Notes: a model not told the origin generated them from the letters alone. A stretch of DNA of 64,000 nucleotides from an uncultured Bacteriovoracaceae bacterium (GCA_938034385.1 CALHLC010000012.1:87575-151574), one strand, 5' to 3'; numbered from the stretch's first letter, positions 51,308 through 59,149 are shown. Translations and numbers: made by a program.

Positions 51308-52291
51308 ATGATAAGAGAGGTTGTTACAGATCAGGAAAGGGAGTTTTTCTATGCTAGAAAAAAGCTCCCAAAGCTTTACACTGATTATTTAGATTATTGC
51401 AGGAAAATAAAAAACCTAGCAATAGGTACTATCCAAAATAGAAAGAGACATGTTCTTTCATTTATTTTAGAACACCCAAATAAAGCTTCAGCTTCTAAGG
51501 TTAATAAAATAACACAAGAAGAAATCCAAGAGTATGTCGTAAAAGCGGCGACAAATCTCTCAAGAGAAATGAAAAGAAGTCTTGTCGTTTCCCTTAGAGA
51601 TTTTTTTAGGTTTCTTCACTTAAAAGAGTACACTGAGCTTGATTTGTCTCATTCAGTACCTACGATTACAACTTATAGAATGTCTCGAATCCCACGAACA
51701 ATGCCCTGGGAAACGGTTGAGTTAATTTTAAAAACCATTAATAAAAAAACGTTATCTGGAAAAAGAGATTACGCTATCATTCTTGTATTTGCTCGATACG
51801 GTATAAGAGCATGCCAACTTAGAGAGCTTCGATTGAAAGATATTGATTGGGATAAAAAAACAATAAGATTTTTAGCAATCAAAGGTGGAAATGAAATTAC
51901 TTCACCTCTATTTGATGATGTTGCAAAAGCAATTCTTGCTTATTTTAAAGCTGGGAGAATGAAAGCTTCTGATAAATATGATCATGTGTTTTTAACTTCA
52001 GGGGAATGGGGAAGCAAAGTTATGGGGCAAGTGCCCTTAAGAGAGTCAACCTGGAATATTGTGAGCAGGGCCCTGAAAAAAGCGAAACAACAAGGCTTAA
52101 TTAATCATGCTCAGGGACCTCATGCGATTAGACATGCTTTTGCAACAAAGCTTCTGGATAAAGATACTCCTCTCAAAAATATCTCAGATATGCTTGGCCA
52201 TCGATCTTTAGAGACAACTTTTATTTATACAAAGACCAGCTTAAAGCAAATGAGAAAGTTAACACTAAGATGGCCAGGAAGTTCTCTATGA
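51308..52291 (+). CDS. tyrosine recombinase, RIT subunit A
   Basis: AIRHAFATKLL (HxxR) and GHRSLETTFIYT (Y). An SD precedes the ATG at 51308. Confidence 0.85.
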   Translation: MIREVVTDQEREFFYARKKLPKLYTDYLDYCRKIKNLAIGTIQNRKRHVLSFILEHPNKASASKVNKITQEEIQEYVVKAATNLSREMKRSLVVSLRDFFRFLHLKEYTELDLSHSVPTITTYRMSRIPRTMPWETVELILKTINKKTLSGKRDYAIILVFARYGIRACQLRELRLKDIDWDKKTIRFLAIKGGNEITSPLFDDVAKAILAYFKAGRMKASDKYDHVFLTSGEWGSKVMGQVPLRESTWNIVSRALKKAKQQGLINHAQGPHAIRHAFATKLLDKDTPLKNISDMLGHRSLETTFIYTKTSLKQMRKLTLRWPGSSL

Positions 52292-53262
52292 AAAAGATAG
52301 ATCAAAAGTGGCCTGGGCACCTCGGTGAGCTTATGAAAAAGCATATGGATATGAGAAGAGCTATTGGAAGGGTTGGAACAGCTGATGCTTATACTCTTTA
52401 TAACTTTAATAATTTTTTAATCGAAAATTATCCAAAAATTAAAGTTCCAAATAGAATGGCTATTCTTCACTACATGAAAACTTACTCACACTTAAGTGTT
52501 GGAGGACGTAGAAATAAACTCATTTATATTCGCCAGTTTTGTTTATTCTTAAACCAGCGAGGGATAGAGTGTTATGTTCCTGATAAAACTTTAATTCCAA
52601 AGTATACTTATGAACCTCGATATTATCCTCTTAATGAAAAACAAATCATTCAAATAATGAATCTCATTGAAAATTATAAGAATCACCATAACAAAAAATA
52701 TACAGGGAGAATGTACTCAACCTTTATTGGACTTCTCTGGGCCACGGGACTACGCTCAGGTGAAGCATGCAGGCTAAAGCATGAAGACATTGACCTTGAA
52801 GAAGGATTGATCTTAGTTAAGCAAACCAAGTTCTTTAAAGACAGAATTATTCCAATTTCTAAGACATCAATAGAGGCACTAAAGGATCATTTATCCCTAA
52901 AAGAATCTTTAGGTTTGAATACATCTTCAGATTCATCTTTTTTTCTAAACTCTCAAGGAAGACCACTTTCCGCTCATACTGTTGGCTCAATGTTTGGAAG
53001 GTTTGTGAGAAGAATGAAGATAAAAAAGATCAATGGAAGATATCCTGTTTTACATGACTTGAGACATAACTTTGCAACTCAGTGGATTCATCGTTTTTAC
53101 AAAGATACTGCCAAATATCCTCCCCAATCTTATGTCCCAAAGTTATCGACATATTTAGGTCATACAACGTTATTTTCTAGCCAGTATTATATTCATCCAG
53201 ATTTTGACCTTCTTCAAAGTGCATCTAAAAATTTTAACTTAGAGGATTTATATGAAAAATAA
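52270..53262 (+). CDS. tyrosine recombinase, RIT subunit B
   Basis: GLRSGEACRL (R), LHDLRHNFATQ and GHTTLFSSQYYIH. Overlaps the previous gene by 22 nt. Confidence 0.85.
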   Translation: MARKFSMKKIDQKWPGHLGELMKKHMDMRRAIGRVGTADAYTLYNFNNFLIENYPKIKVPNRMAILHYMKTYSHLSVGGRRNKLIYIRQFCLFLNQRGIECYVPDKTLIPKYTYEPRYYPLNEKQIIQIMNLIENYKNHHNKKYTGRMYSTFIGLLWATGLRSGEACRLKHEDIDLEEGLILVKQTKFFKDRIIPISKTSIEALKDHLSLKESLGLNTSSDSSFFLNSQGRPLSAHTVGSMFGRFVRRMKIKKINGRYPVLHDLRHNFATQWIHRFYKDTAKYPPQSYVPKLSTYLGHTTLFSSQYYIHPDFDLLQSASKNFNLEDLYEK

Positions 53263-54232
53263 TTTAATGCTTCTAACTCAAAACTTTTTCCAAAAATACT
53301 TACCAAACGAAAGAGGCTTTAGTCAGCATACTGTTTACTCTTATCGAGATACACTTAAGGTTTATTTTAGTTTTTTATCTCAAAAAAACAAAAAGCCTAA
53401 GCTTGACGATATGACGGCCCAAAATGTTATCAATTTTTTAGATTTTTTAAAAAGCACTAGAAATAACTCAGTTAAGACACAAAACCAAAGACTGGCTGTT
53501 CTAAAATGCTTCTATGAGTATTTACGTGCTCACGACCCGATAAGATCTAATCAATATAGTCGAATTGAACATATAAAAATGAAGAGAGCTCCTAGAAGGC
53601 CGATTGAGTACTTTGACAAAGAAGAGGTTAAAGCAATATTAGATTCAGTCGATCGAGGTAGTCGCAATGGTGATAGAGACTATGCTTTGTTAAAGCTTCT
53701 TTATAATAGTGGTGCTCGTGTTCAAGAGCTTTGTGACTTACGAGTTAGAGATATCAGAGCATATCCACCTTACCTTGTTGAGCTAACAGGAAAAGGAAGG
53801 AAAACGAGAAAGGTCCCATTATGGAAAGATACTGTTCTTTCGCTCGAGTCACTAATAAAGGGGCGAGATAGTTTAGCCCCTGTTTTTTGTTATCAGGAAA
53901 AGCCACTTGGCAGGTTTGGAGTTCGATACATCGTCAAAAAGCATTGCAAGAAAGCATCACAACAACAGATCAGTTTGCAAGGCAAGAAGATTGGTCCTCA
54001 TACTTTTAGGCATACAACGGCAATGCACCTTCTTCAAAGCGGAACAGACATCAGTGTTATAAAAACTTGGTTAGGGCATGTCGATCTTAATACGACTCAT
54101 GGATACATTGAAATTGACCTTGAGATGAAAAGAAAGGCAATGAATAAGATAAGTAAAGTTGCTTCTAAAAACACAGAAAATCTTTTAAAGAAAAATAAAG
54201 ATATTGTCAGTTGGTTATCTAATTTTAAATAA
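53252..54232 (+). CDS. tyrosine recombinase, RIT subunit C
   Basis: GARVQELCDL (R), PHTFRHTTAMHLL and GHVDLNTTHGYIE. Overlaps the previous gene by 11 nt. Confidence 0.85.
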   Translation: MKNNLMLLTQNFFQKYLPNERGFSQHTVYSYRDTLKVYFSFLSQKNKKPKLDDMTAQNVINFLDFLKSTRNNSVKTQNQRLAVLKCFYEYLRAHDPIRSNQYSRIEHIKMKRAPRRPIEYFDKEEVKAILDSVDRGSRNGDRDYALLKLLYNSGARVQELCDLRVRDIRAYPPYLVELTGKGRKTRKVPLWKDTVLSLESLIKGRDSLAPVFCYQEKPLGRFGVRYIVKKHCKKASQQQISLQGKKIGPHTFRHTTAMHLLQSGTDISVIKTWLGHVDLNTTHGYIEIDLEMKRKAMNKISKVASKNTENLLKKNKDIVSWLSNFK

Positions 54233-54310
54233 AAAACAAAAAGATATGTGAAGTAATTTTCTGTGTTAAGAGTTTTTTTACGCTGACTGGTTGTATTTAT
54301 TAAAAGTTTG

Positions 54311-54342
54311 CAACATATCAAGCGACTTCACATAACTTACGT
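54311..54342. repeat. RIT right terminal inverted repeat
   Basis: caacatatcaagCGACTTCACATAACttacgt, the partner of 51184-51215. Confidence 0.8.
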
Positions 54343-54364
54343 AGCTTGCATGATATCTGTTCAT
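54343..54364 (-). pseudogene. orphaned 5' fragment (MNRYHAS..) of the serine recombinase gene
   Basis: The ATG at 54364 overlaps the stop of the upstream HTH gene (TAATG). Joining it across the 7-bp repeat gives MNRYHASYVRVSTNFQQ in frame. Confidence 0.75.
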
Positions 54365-54912
54365 TAATCCTCCGTTTTTGTGGGATTAAGTTTTGTTATT
54401 AGTTTTATAATCCCTTCATAGAGTGGTGAAATGGAAACCTGAGTGGAAACCGTTTCCACTTGGTTTCCATTTTTACACTTATTAGAGAGGTAGTTTTTTT
54501 CAATGAAAAATTTTAAATTTTCTATCGCTCTGTTTCTTATCTTGGAGACAGCTGTGTGTGAAATTTTTAATTCCTTAGCAAGCTGTCTCATTGAAAGATT
54601 CCCGAAGTATAAACCGGTAATAACAGTTTTTTGCTTAGGACAAAGACTTTGAATACTTTTATCTAAAATTTCTTTGAAGTGAATATACTCTTTGTCTGTT
54701 TCGATATTTTGAAATAGAGTTGAAATTTGTATCTTCTCAGCTCTATCATCGAAGTATTCTTCATTATGAATTTGTCGCTCTTTTTGGTTGATCTCAATAG
54801 TTTTTAAATACCGTTCCCAAGTTTCTGGGTTCCAAGTTTTTACGGCTTCTTTTAGATCTGTATCTGAAAGTGCTTGCCCTTTTTCATCTAACCACGGAAA
54901 TTCTTTGTTCAT
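54364..54912 (-). CDS. sigma-70 region-4-like HTH protein
   Basis: The ATG at 54912 has an AAGGAG SD. QKTVITGLYFGNLSMRQLAKELKISHTAVSKIRNRAIENL is an r4-type HTH. Confidence 0.5.
   Translation of the reverse strand: MNKEFPWLDEKGQALSDTDLKEAVKTWNPETWERYLKTIEINQKERQIHNEEYFDDRAEKIQISTLFQNIETDKEYIHFKEILDKSIQSLCPKQKTVITGLYFGNLSMRQLAKELKISHTAVSKIRNRAIENLKFFIEKNYLSNKCKNGNQVETVSTQVSISPLYEGIIKLITKLNPTKTED
54432..54470. repeat. GGAAAC/GTTTCC four-half-site dyad, copy B
   Basis: TGGAAACCTGAGTGGAAACCGTTTCCACTTGGTTTCCAT, a near-perfect palindrome inside the 3' end of the HTH gene and about 70 bp upstream of the recombinase ATG. Confidence 0.7.
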
Positions 54913-55048
54913 TGCATTGCTCCTTATGTTGCGCCGAGTAATTCGACTGTTGTTAAGTGCAAACACTAAGTACAAATCTGGCACCAAGAATTTTTAAAAC
55001 CCGGCCTTTTAAAAACAGTTAGTTAGAAGTTTGAAGAAAAATATCCAT

Positions 55049-55082
55049 ATCAATATTGATTTGACTTCGTATCAAAATTGAT
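55049..55082. promoter_or_regulatory. twin palindromic operator-like sites ATCAA-NN-TTGAT
   Basis: ATCAATATTGAT (55049-55060) and ATCAAAATTGAT (55071-55082). Their centres are 22 bp apart, and they lie 32 bp upstream of the operon start. Confidence 0.45.
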
Positions 55083-55113
55083 ATAGAAGTGATCAACTTC
55101 GGAGATCAAAGGT

Positions 55114-56475
55114 ATGTCGTTAGACGTTTTGTTAATTGAAGACAATCCTCATACTGCTCTTAATTTTCAAGAGATGTTTGAGGATGAGGACTATGGACAC
55201 AGAGTTTCAGTGGCAAAATCCACGACAGTGGCAAAGTCACTTATTCAAAAAAGAAACTTTGATATTGCTTTTGTTGATCTTGATCTCGAAAAGAAAAGAG
55301 CAGGCTTTGATGTTGTACCACTTTTAAAAGATAAAAAAGTTTATACAGTTATCCTTTCTGGTCATGATGAAGATGAGTATGTTGAAAAAGGCTATGGACT
55401 CAATTGTAACGCTTATTTAACTAAACCTTATGATTTAGAGCAAATCGAAAATATTTTCACGACTCTGGATCGCCATAATGAATTTATTCTTTCTTACAGA
55501 GAGTTATTGAAGACAGATTATTTAACTCGAAATGAATTTACTCTCAAAGAGCTGAAGAAAGCAGAAAACTATTTATTAAGAGATGATATTAAGTTGTTTA
55601 TCTCAGGTGAAACGGGTGTCGGAAAAACGGCATTATCGAAAGTTCTTCACTTGGCTCAGTTCAAAAACTTTAATAACTATGTTCATGTAAACTGTGCCCA
55701 AATAGAAAGTACTCTTCTCAAGTCTGAATTATTTGGAGCTAAAAAAGGATCACACTCTGAGGCAAAAACTGATAAAGCAGGGCTGATTGTTGGAGCTAAT
55801 GGAGGAACTCTTCATTTGGATGAAATCGCCTGTTTAGACCTTGAAGCTCAGGCAATGCTTCTAACTTTTCTCGATACAGGAATCGTTCAACCCCTTGGTG
55901 GTGAAAAGAAAGATGAAGTAAAGATCAAGACTAAGATTATTTGTTCGACGAACGAAAGCTTAGAAAAAATGATTCAAGAGAAGAAGTTTAGAGAAGATCT
56001 TTATCATCGAATTATGGGAAAAGTGCTAGAAGTACCATCTTTAAAAGAAAGACCTGAAGATGTGAAGCTTTTTGTTGATCTTGAGATTGAAAAATTAAAT
56101 AGGAAAAAAGTATTTCGATTCAGTAAAGCTGCAAGAGAAAAACTCTATGCATATAACTGGTATGGAAACATTAGAGAGCTAAAAGAATACTTTAAAGGAA
56201 TTTCTGATGGGAAGGGATTTCTTAATGTCTCTGATTTACCTGCTTGGATTGTTAATAACTTTAATAAAAATAATATTCCAACAAGGTCTGTCCTAACTGA
56301 TGAGCAGATCGCTTATGTCCAAGATAATGGACTAAATAAATTTTTAGAAAAAATCTCATCTGAGGTGATTGAGCACTTTTATCACAAGAATGGACGCAAG
56401 TTTAATAGAACTAAGAATGAACTGGGAATAACTCAGTACAATTTAAAAAAGTATCTTGAGGGTCATTCAAAATGA
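55114..56475 (+). CDS. NtrC-family response regulator (REC + AAA+ + Fis-type HTH) with degenerate GAFTGA
   Basis: REC (FVDLDL, LTKP). Walker A GETGVGKT and Walker B GGTLHLDEI. ELFGAKKGSHSEA replaces ELFGHEKGAFTGA. C-terminal HTH NELGITQYNLKKYL. Confidence 0.8.
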   Translation: MSLDVLLIEDNPHTALNFQEMFEDEDYGHRVSVAKSTTVAKSLIQKRNFDIAFVDLDLEKKRAGFDVVPLLKDKKVYTVILSGHDEDEYVEKGYGLNCNAYLTKPYDLEQIENIFTTLDRHNEFILSYRELLKTDYLTRNEFTLKELKKAENYLLRDDIKLFISGETGVGKTALSKVLHLAQFKNFNNYVHVNCAQIESTLLKSELFGAKKGSHSEAKTDKAGLIVGANGGTLHLDEIACLDLEAQAMLLTFLDTGIVQPLGGEKKDEVKIKTKIICSTNESLEKMIQEKKFREDLYHRIMGKVLEVPSLKERPEDVKLFVDLEIEKLNRKKVFRFSKAAREKLYAYNWYGNIRELKEYFKGISDGKGFLNVSDLPAWIVNNFNKNNIPTRSVLTDEQIAYVQDNGLNKFLEKISSEVIEHFYHKNGRKFNRTKNELGITQYNLKKYLEGHSK

Positions 56476-56720
56476 GTAAAAATTTGTATGAATCACAAGA
56501 TATCAAAGAGATTAGAGAAAGTTTACATTGGCTTTCGACTAGAATTCAAGATTTGAATACAACGAACTTACTGGTTAGAAAATATTTAGGGCGTGAGGAT
56601 AAAGAAGATTTTTGTAAGAAAAGCTTGGATGCCTCTTTAGAGGCCAGAGAACGAATGACTAAAGAGTTAAAAAATATAAGATCAAAATTGAAGGTATTAA
56701 GAGAGTACAAAGATGTTTAA
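56472..56720 (+). CDS. small coiled-coil protein
   Basis: 82 aa with an ATGA overlap upstream and an 8-nt overlap downstream. Confidence 0.4.
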   Translation: MSKNLYESQDIKEIRESLHWLSTRIQDLNTTNLLVRKYLGREDKEDFCKKSLDASLEARERMTKELKNIRSKLKVLREYKDV

Positions 56721-58191
56721 GTTTTTTGTCACTCTCATGTTCACTCTTTCTTCTCTACATGTTTTTGGAAACAGCGATATTATGCTAATTCCTGTTAAAG
56801 AGATTCCTAAGAAAATCGACTCTTTTTACGGAAATGATTTAACTCTTAATAAAATTATCAATCAATTAGCAGAAGGGCTTGTTAAACTTGATGATTCGCT
56901 TTATCCAAGGCCTGCAGTAGCAAAATCTTGGAAAATTGATGAAAGAAATAAGAGTATCGAATTTAGTTTAGATACAGGCAAAAAGTTTCACGATGGTTCA
57001 ACAGTTAAAAGCATTGATGTTTTTAATGTGCTCCAACAAAGCTTGGCTAAGAAAAGTGATTTAACTAGCCAGATATCAGAATTTGAAAGCTGTAAAACAA
57101 TGAGAAAATGCGAAGGTTTTAGTGAGATTGATCAAAAAAGCTTCAAACTAAAATTAAATGATACAAACTTTATTGGTTTTTTGAGAAAGCTCTCAAATAT
57201 AGAGGGAGTCATATTCAAGAGAGATAGTTCTCGATTCATTGGAACTGGGCCTTATAAGCTAGAGAAATTAACAAAATCTCAGGTTGTCTTGAATCGAGTA
57301 AGTAAATCATATTTCAAAAAAATTATATTCAAGAAAATGAACGATAAGGATGCTCTAAAGTCTTTTTTAGCTGGGAAGGTCGATTTTATAAGTGATAGCG
57401 ATTTTAAGGTTTCAAAATCTGACTTAAACAATCCTTTAGTTAAGGAAGAAAATACGGTTCTTACTTTTGGGTTAGTCTTTAACTTAAAGAAAGGAGTTTT
57501 CAAATCGAAGCATAATAGAAAAGTGCTATCAGTGGCAATTGATAAAGAAAAACTCGTTAAGCTCTATTCTCACCCTGCGATTGTCGCTAATGGATTAATA
57601 CCAAAAGGTTTTCAAGGACATGTTCGTAATACTGAAAAGAGTAAAGGTTTTGGAAGATTAAAGCTCTATGGATCAAAGAAAGTTATCTTTGGATTAAGGC
57701 ACAAGTACAAAGGGAATAAAGCAATTACAGATTATCTCCCGAGAGTCATGAAGTCTTTGGGCTTAGATGTGAAAGTTGTCTTTGATGATTTTGGAGCAAT
57801 TTTAAAAGATTTAAAGAAGCCTAGTGGGAAGTATCATCTTACGATCAAGGGTGAGGCCCCTCGATACTTTGATTCCGCTTCTGTATTTCGTCCTTACGTT
57901 TATGGTCAATTTCCAAACGTAACTAATTATAAGAACGATGAGTTCACTAAGCTTTATTTTGATTCTGAAAGCTTGCTCGGAAAAAAGAAACTTATGGCCC
58001 TTGGTAGAATGGAAGAAATTCTTAGAGAAGAGGTTCCAGTTATCCCTCTTTTTCATCCTGTTTTTACGAAGTGGTATCAAAGTTCAATGAATATCAATAA
58101 AGATTTGAAATCCTCAATAAAGTTTTGGGATTTTCCGTTTTATTCCTACTCAAGGAATAAAATTAACACTGAAAAAGGAGGTCGACTATGA
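56713..58191 (+). CDS. family-5 (peptide/nickel) ABC substrate-binding protein, orphan
   Basis: Signal peptide and the GTGPYKLEK signature of SBP_bac_5. No ABC permease or ATPase genes are in the operon. Confidence 0.75.
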   Translation: MFKFFVTLMFTLSSLHVFGNSDIMLIPVKEIPKKIDSFYGNDLTLNKIINQLAEGLVKLDDSLYPRPAVAKSWKIDERNKSIEFSLDTGKKFHDGSTVKSIDVFNVLQQSLAKKSDLTSQISEFESCKTMRKCEGFSEIDQKSFKLKLNDTNFIGFLRKLSNIEGVIFKRDSSRFIGTGPYKLEKLTKSQVVLNRVSKSYFKKIIFKKMNDKDALKSFLAGKVDFISDSDFKVSKSDLNNPLVKEENTVLTFGLVFNLKKGVFKSKHNRKVLSVAIDKEKLVKLYSHPAIVANGLIPKGFQGHVRNTEKSKGFGRLKLYGSKKVIFGLRHKYKGNKAITDYLPRVMKSLGLDVKVVFDDFGAILKDLKKPSGKYHLTIKGEAPRYFDSASVFRPYVYGQFPNVTNYKNDEFTKLYFDSESLLGKKKLMALGRMEEILREEVPVIPLFHPVFTKWYQSSMNINKDLKSSIKFWDFPFYSYSRNKINTEKGGRL

Positions 58192-58286
58192 CTACACTTG
58201 AGCAGAATGAACAGTTGGAAGATGTGATTATTAATCTGGACATCTTCGATGATGAAATTATGTCTGAGGCTAGAGTCAGCGCATAA
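58188..58286 (+). CDS. 32-aa acidic peptide (candidate precursor/signal peptide): MTTLEQNEQLEDVIINLDIFDDEIMSEARVSA
   Basis: Below the ORF-track size cutoff. AAAGGAGG SD 6 nt upstream of the ATG. ATGA overlap with the SBP stop. Ends 8 nt before the HExxH gene. Confidence 0.55.
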   Translation: MTTLEQNEQLEDVIINLDIFDDEIMSEARVSA

Positions 58287-58294
58287 TTGAGGCA

Positions 58295-59149
58295 ATGATG
58301 AAAATGGAAGCAATGTTTAATATTGTACTTGTAGAACGTTTTATCGCTTCTATACGGAAGAGGGGGGAGATTTCTCTCCCTTCTTCTCTTTCATCCAAAA
58401 ATGTAGAAACAATGAGTACTCCTTTCTTGGCTTGGATTTTTTCGCAGAGAAAAAACGATATTGATCTTAAAATCATTCAAAAAACCTATGAACTTGATCA
58501 AAAAAGATCTAATTTTGTTGTTGGACATAGTATTTTTGAAGATCAAAATACTTCGAATTACCCAGAGCTTGAAGAAAAGTATCTTAAGGCAAGAAAAATC
58601 ATCAAATCCTATTGGCCTGAGTTAGACTGTTTGATCGAAGCAATTGGTCCAAGAGTATCCTTTCTGCCAAATGATAGTTTAACGTATGAGTCTTCGTCTG
58701 ATCCTAAAACATTTGGAGAGATTATCTTCAATATGGAGCATCCTTGTGTTTTAAGATGGGTTGAAATTCTTACCCATGAAATTGGGCACATGTACCTTAA
58801 TATTCTATTGGCCACAAGCCATATGACTCCTGAAAACAAATCTAAATTAGCAAAGAGGAAATTCTCTAATATTAGACAAGAGGAAAGACCTCTTATTGGT
58901 ATTGTCCATGGTGTTTTTGTTCAGGCATGGATGATGATAATGGCTGCAAAAGTTATTCAAGGAAGTAATTACAACGATGATCATATTGGAGCCGTTAGAA
59001 CTATTGATCGTTTTAAGAAATCTTTCTTAGAAGATTATAGGACAATATACGATGAAGGTCTGAGCGATATTGTAACGGGGTTTTCTAGCTTTGTTGACCA
59101 AGGATTCAATTTTTTGAAAGAGACAGAGGAGGTACTTTGTGAAGTCTAA
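58295..59149 (+). CDS. HExxH-motif peptide-modification-type protein
   Basis: The THEIGHMYLN HExxH motif is followed by ..RQEERPLIGIVHGVFVQAW... This resembles the TIGR04267 / alpha-KG-HExxH family pattern (HExxH ... RP..G..H). No signal peptide. Confidence 0.55.
   Translation: MMKMEAMFNIVLVERFIASIRKRGEISLPSSLSSKNVETMSTPFLAWIFSQRKNDIDLKIIQKTYELDQKRSNFVVGHSIFEDQNTSNYPELEEKYLKARKIIKSYWPELDCLIEAIGPRVSFLPNDSLTYESSSDPKTFGEIIFNMEHPCVLRWVEILTHEIGHMYLNILLATSHMTPENKSKLAKRKFSNIRQEERPLIGIVHGVFVQAWMMIMAAKVIQGSNYNDDHIGAVRTIDRFKKSFLEDYRTIYDEGLSDIVTGFSSFVDQGFNFLKETEEVLCEV

Larger units (their letters stand above)
51159..54342 (+). mobile_element. recombinase-in-trio (RIT) element
   Basis: Three overlapping tyrosine recombinase genes. 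32-bp imperfect terminal IRs. 7-bp direct repeat CTTACGT at 51159-51165 and 54336-54342. Confidence 0.85.

Noticed and set aside
54278-54364. 28-aa ORF MNRYHASYVSYVKSLDMLQTFNKYNQSA reading from the HTH gene stop into the RIT right end.
   Set aside because: It is not an independent gene. It is the orphaned first 9 codons of the serine recombinase fused to IR sequence.
54979-54996. TGGCAC hexamer that could be the -24 element of a sigma54 promoter upstream of the NtrC-like regulator operon.
   Set aside because: The -12 position reads ATTT instead of TTGC. Without the GC dinucleotide this is not a credible sigma54 promoter.
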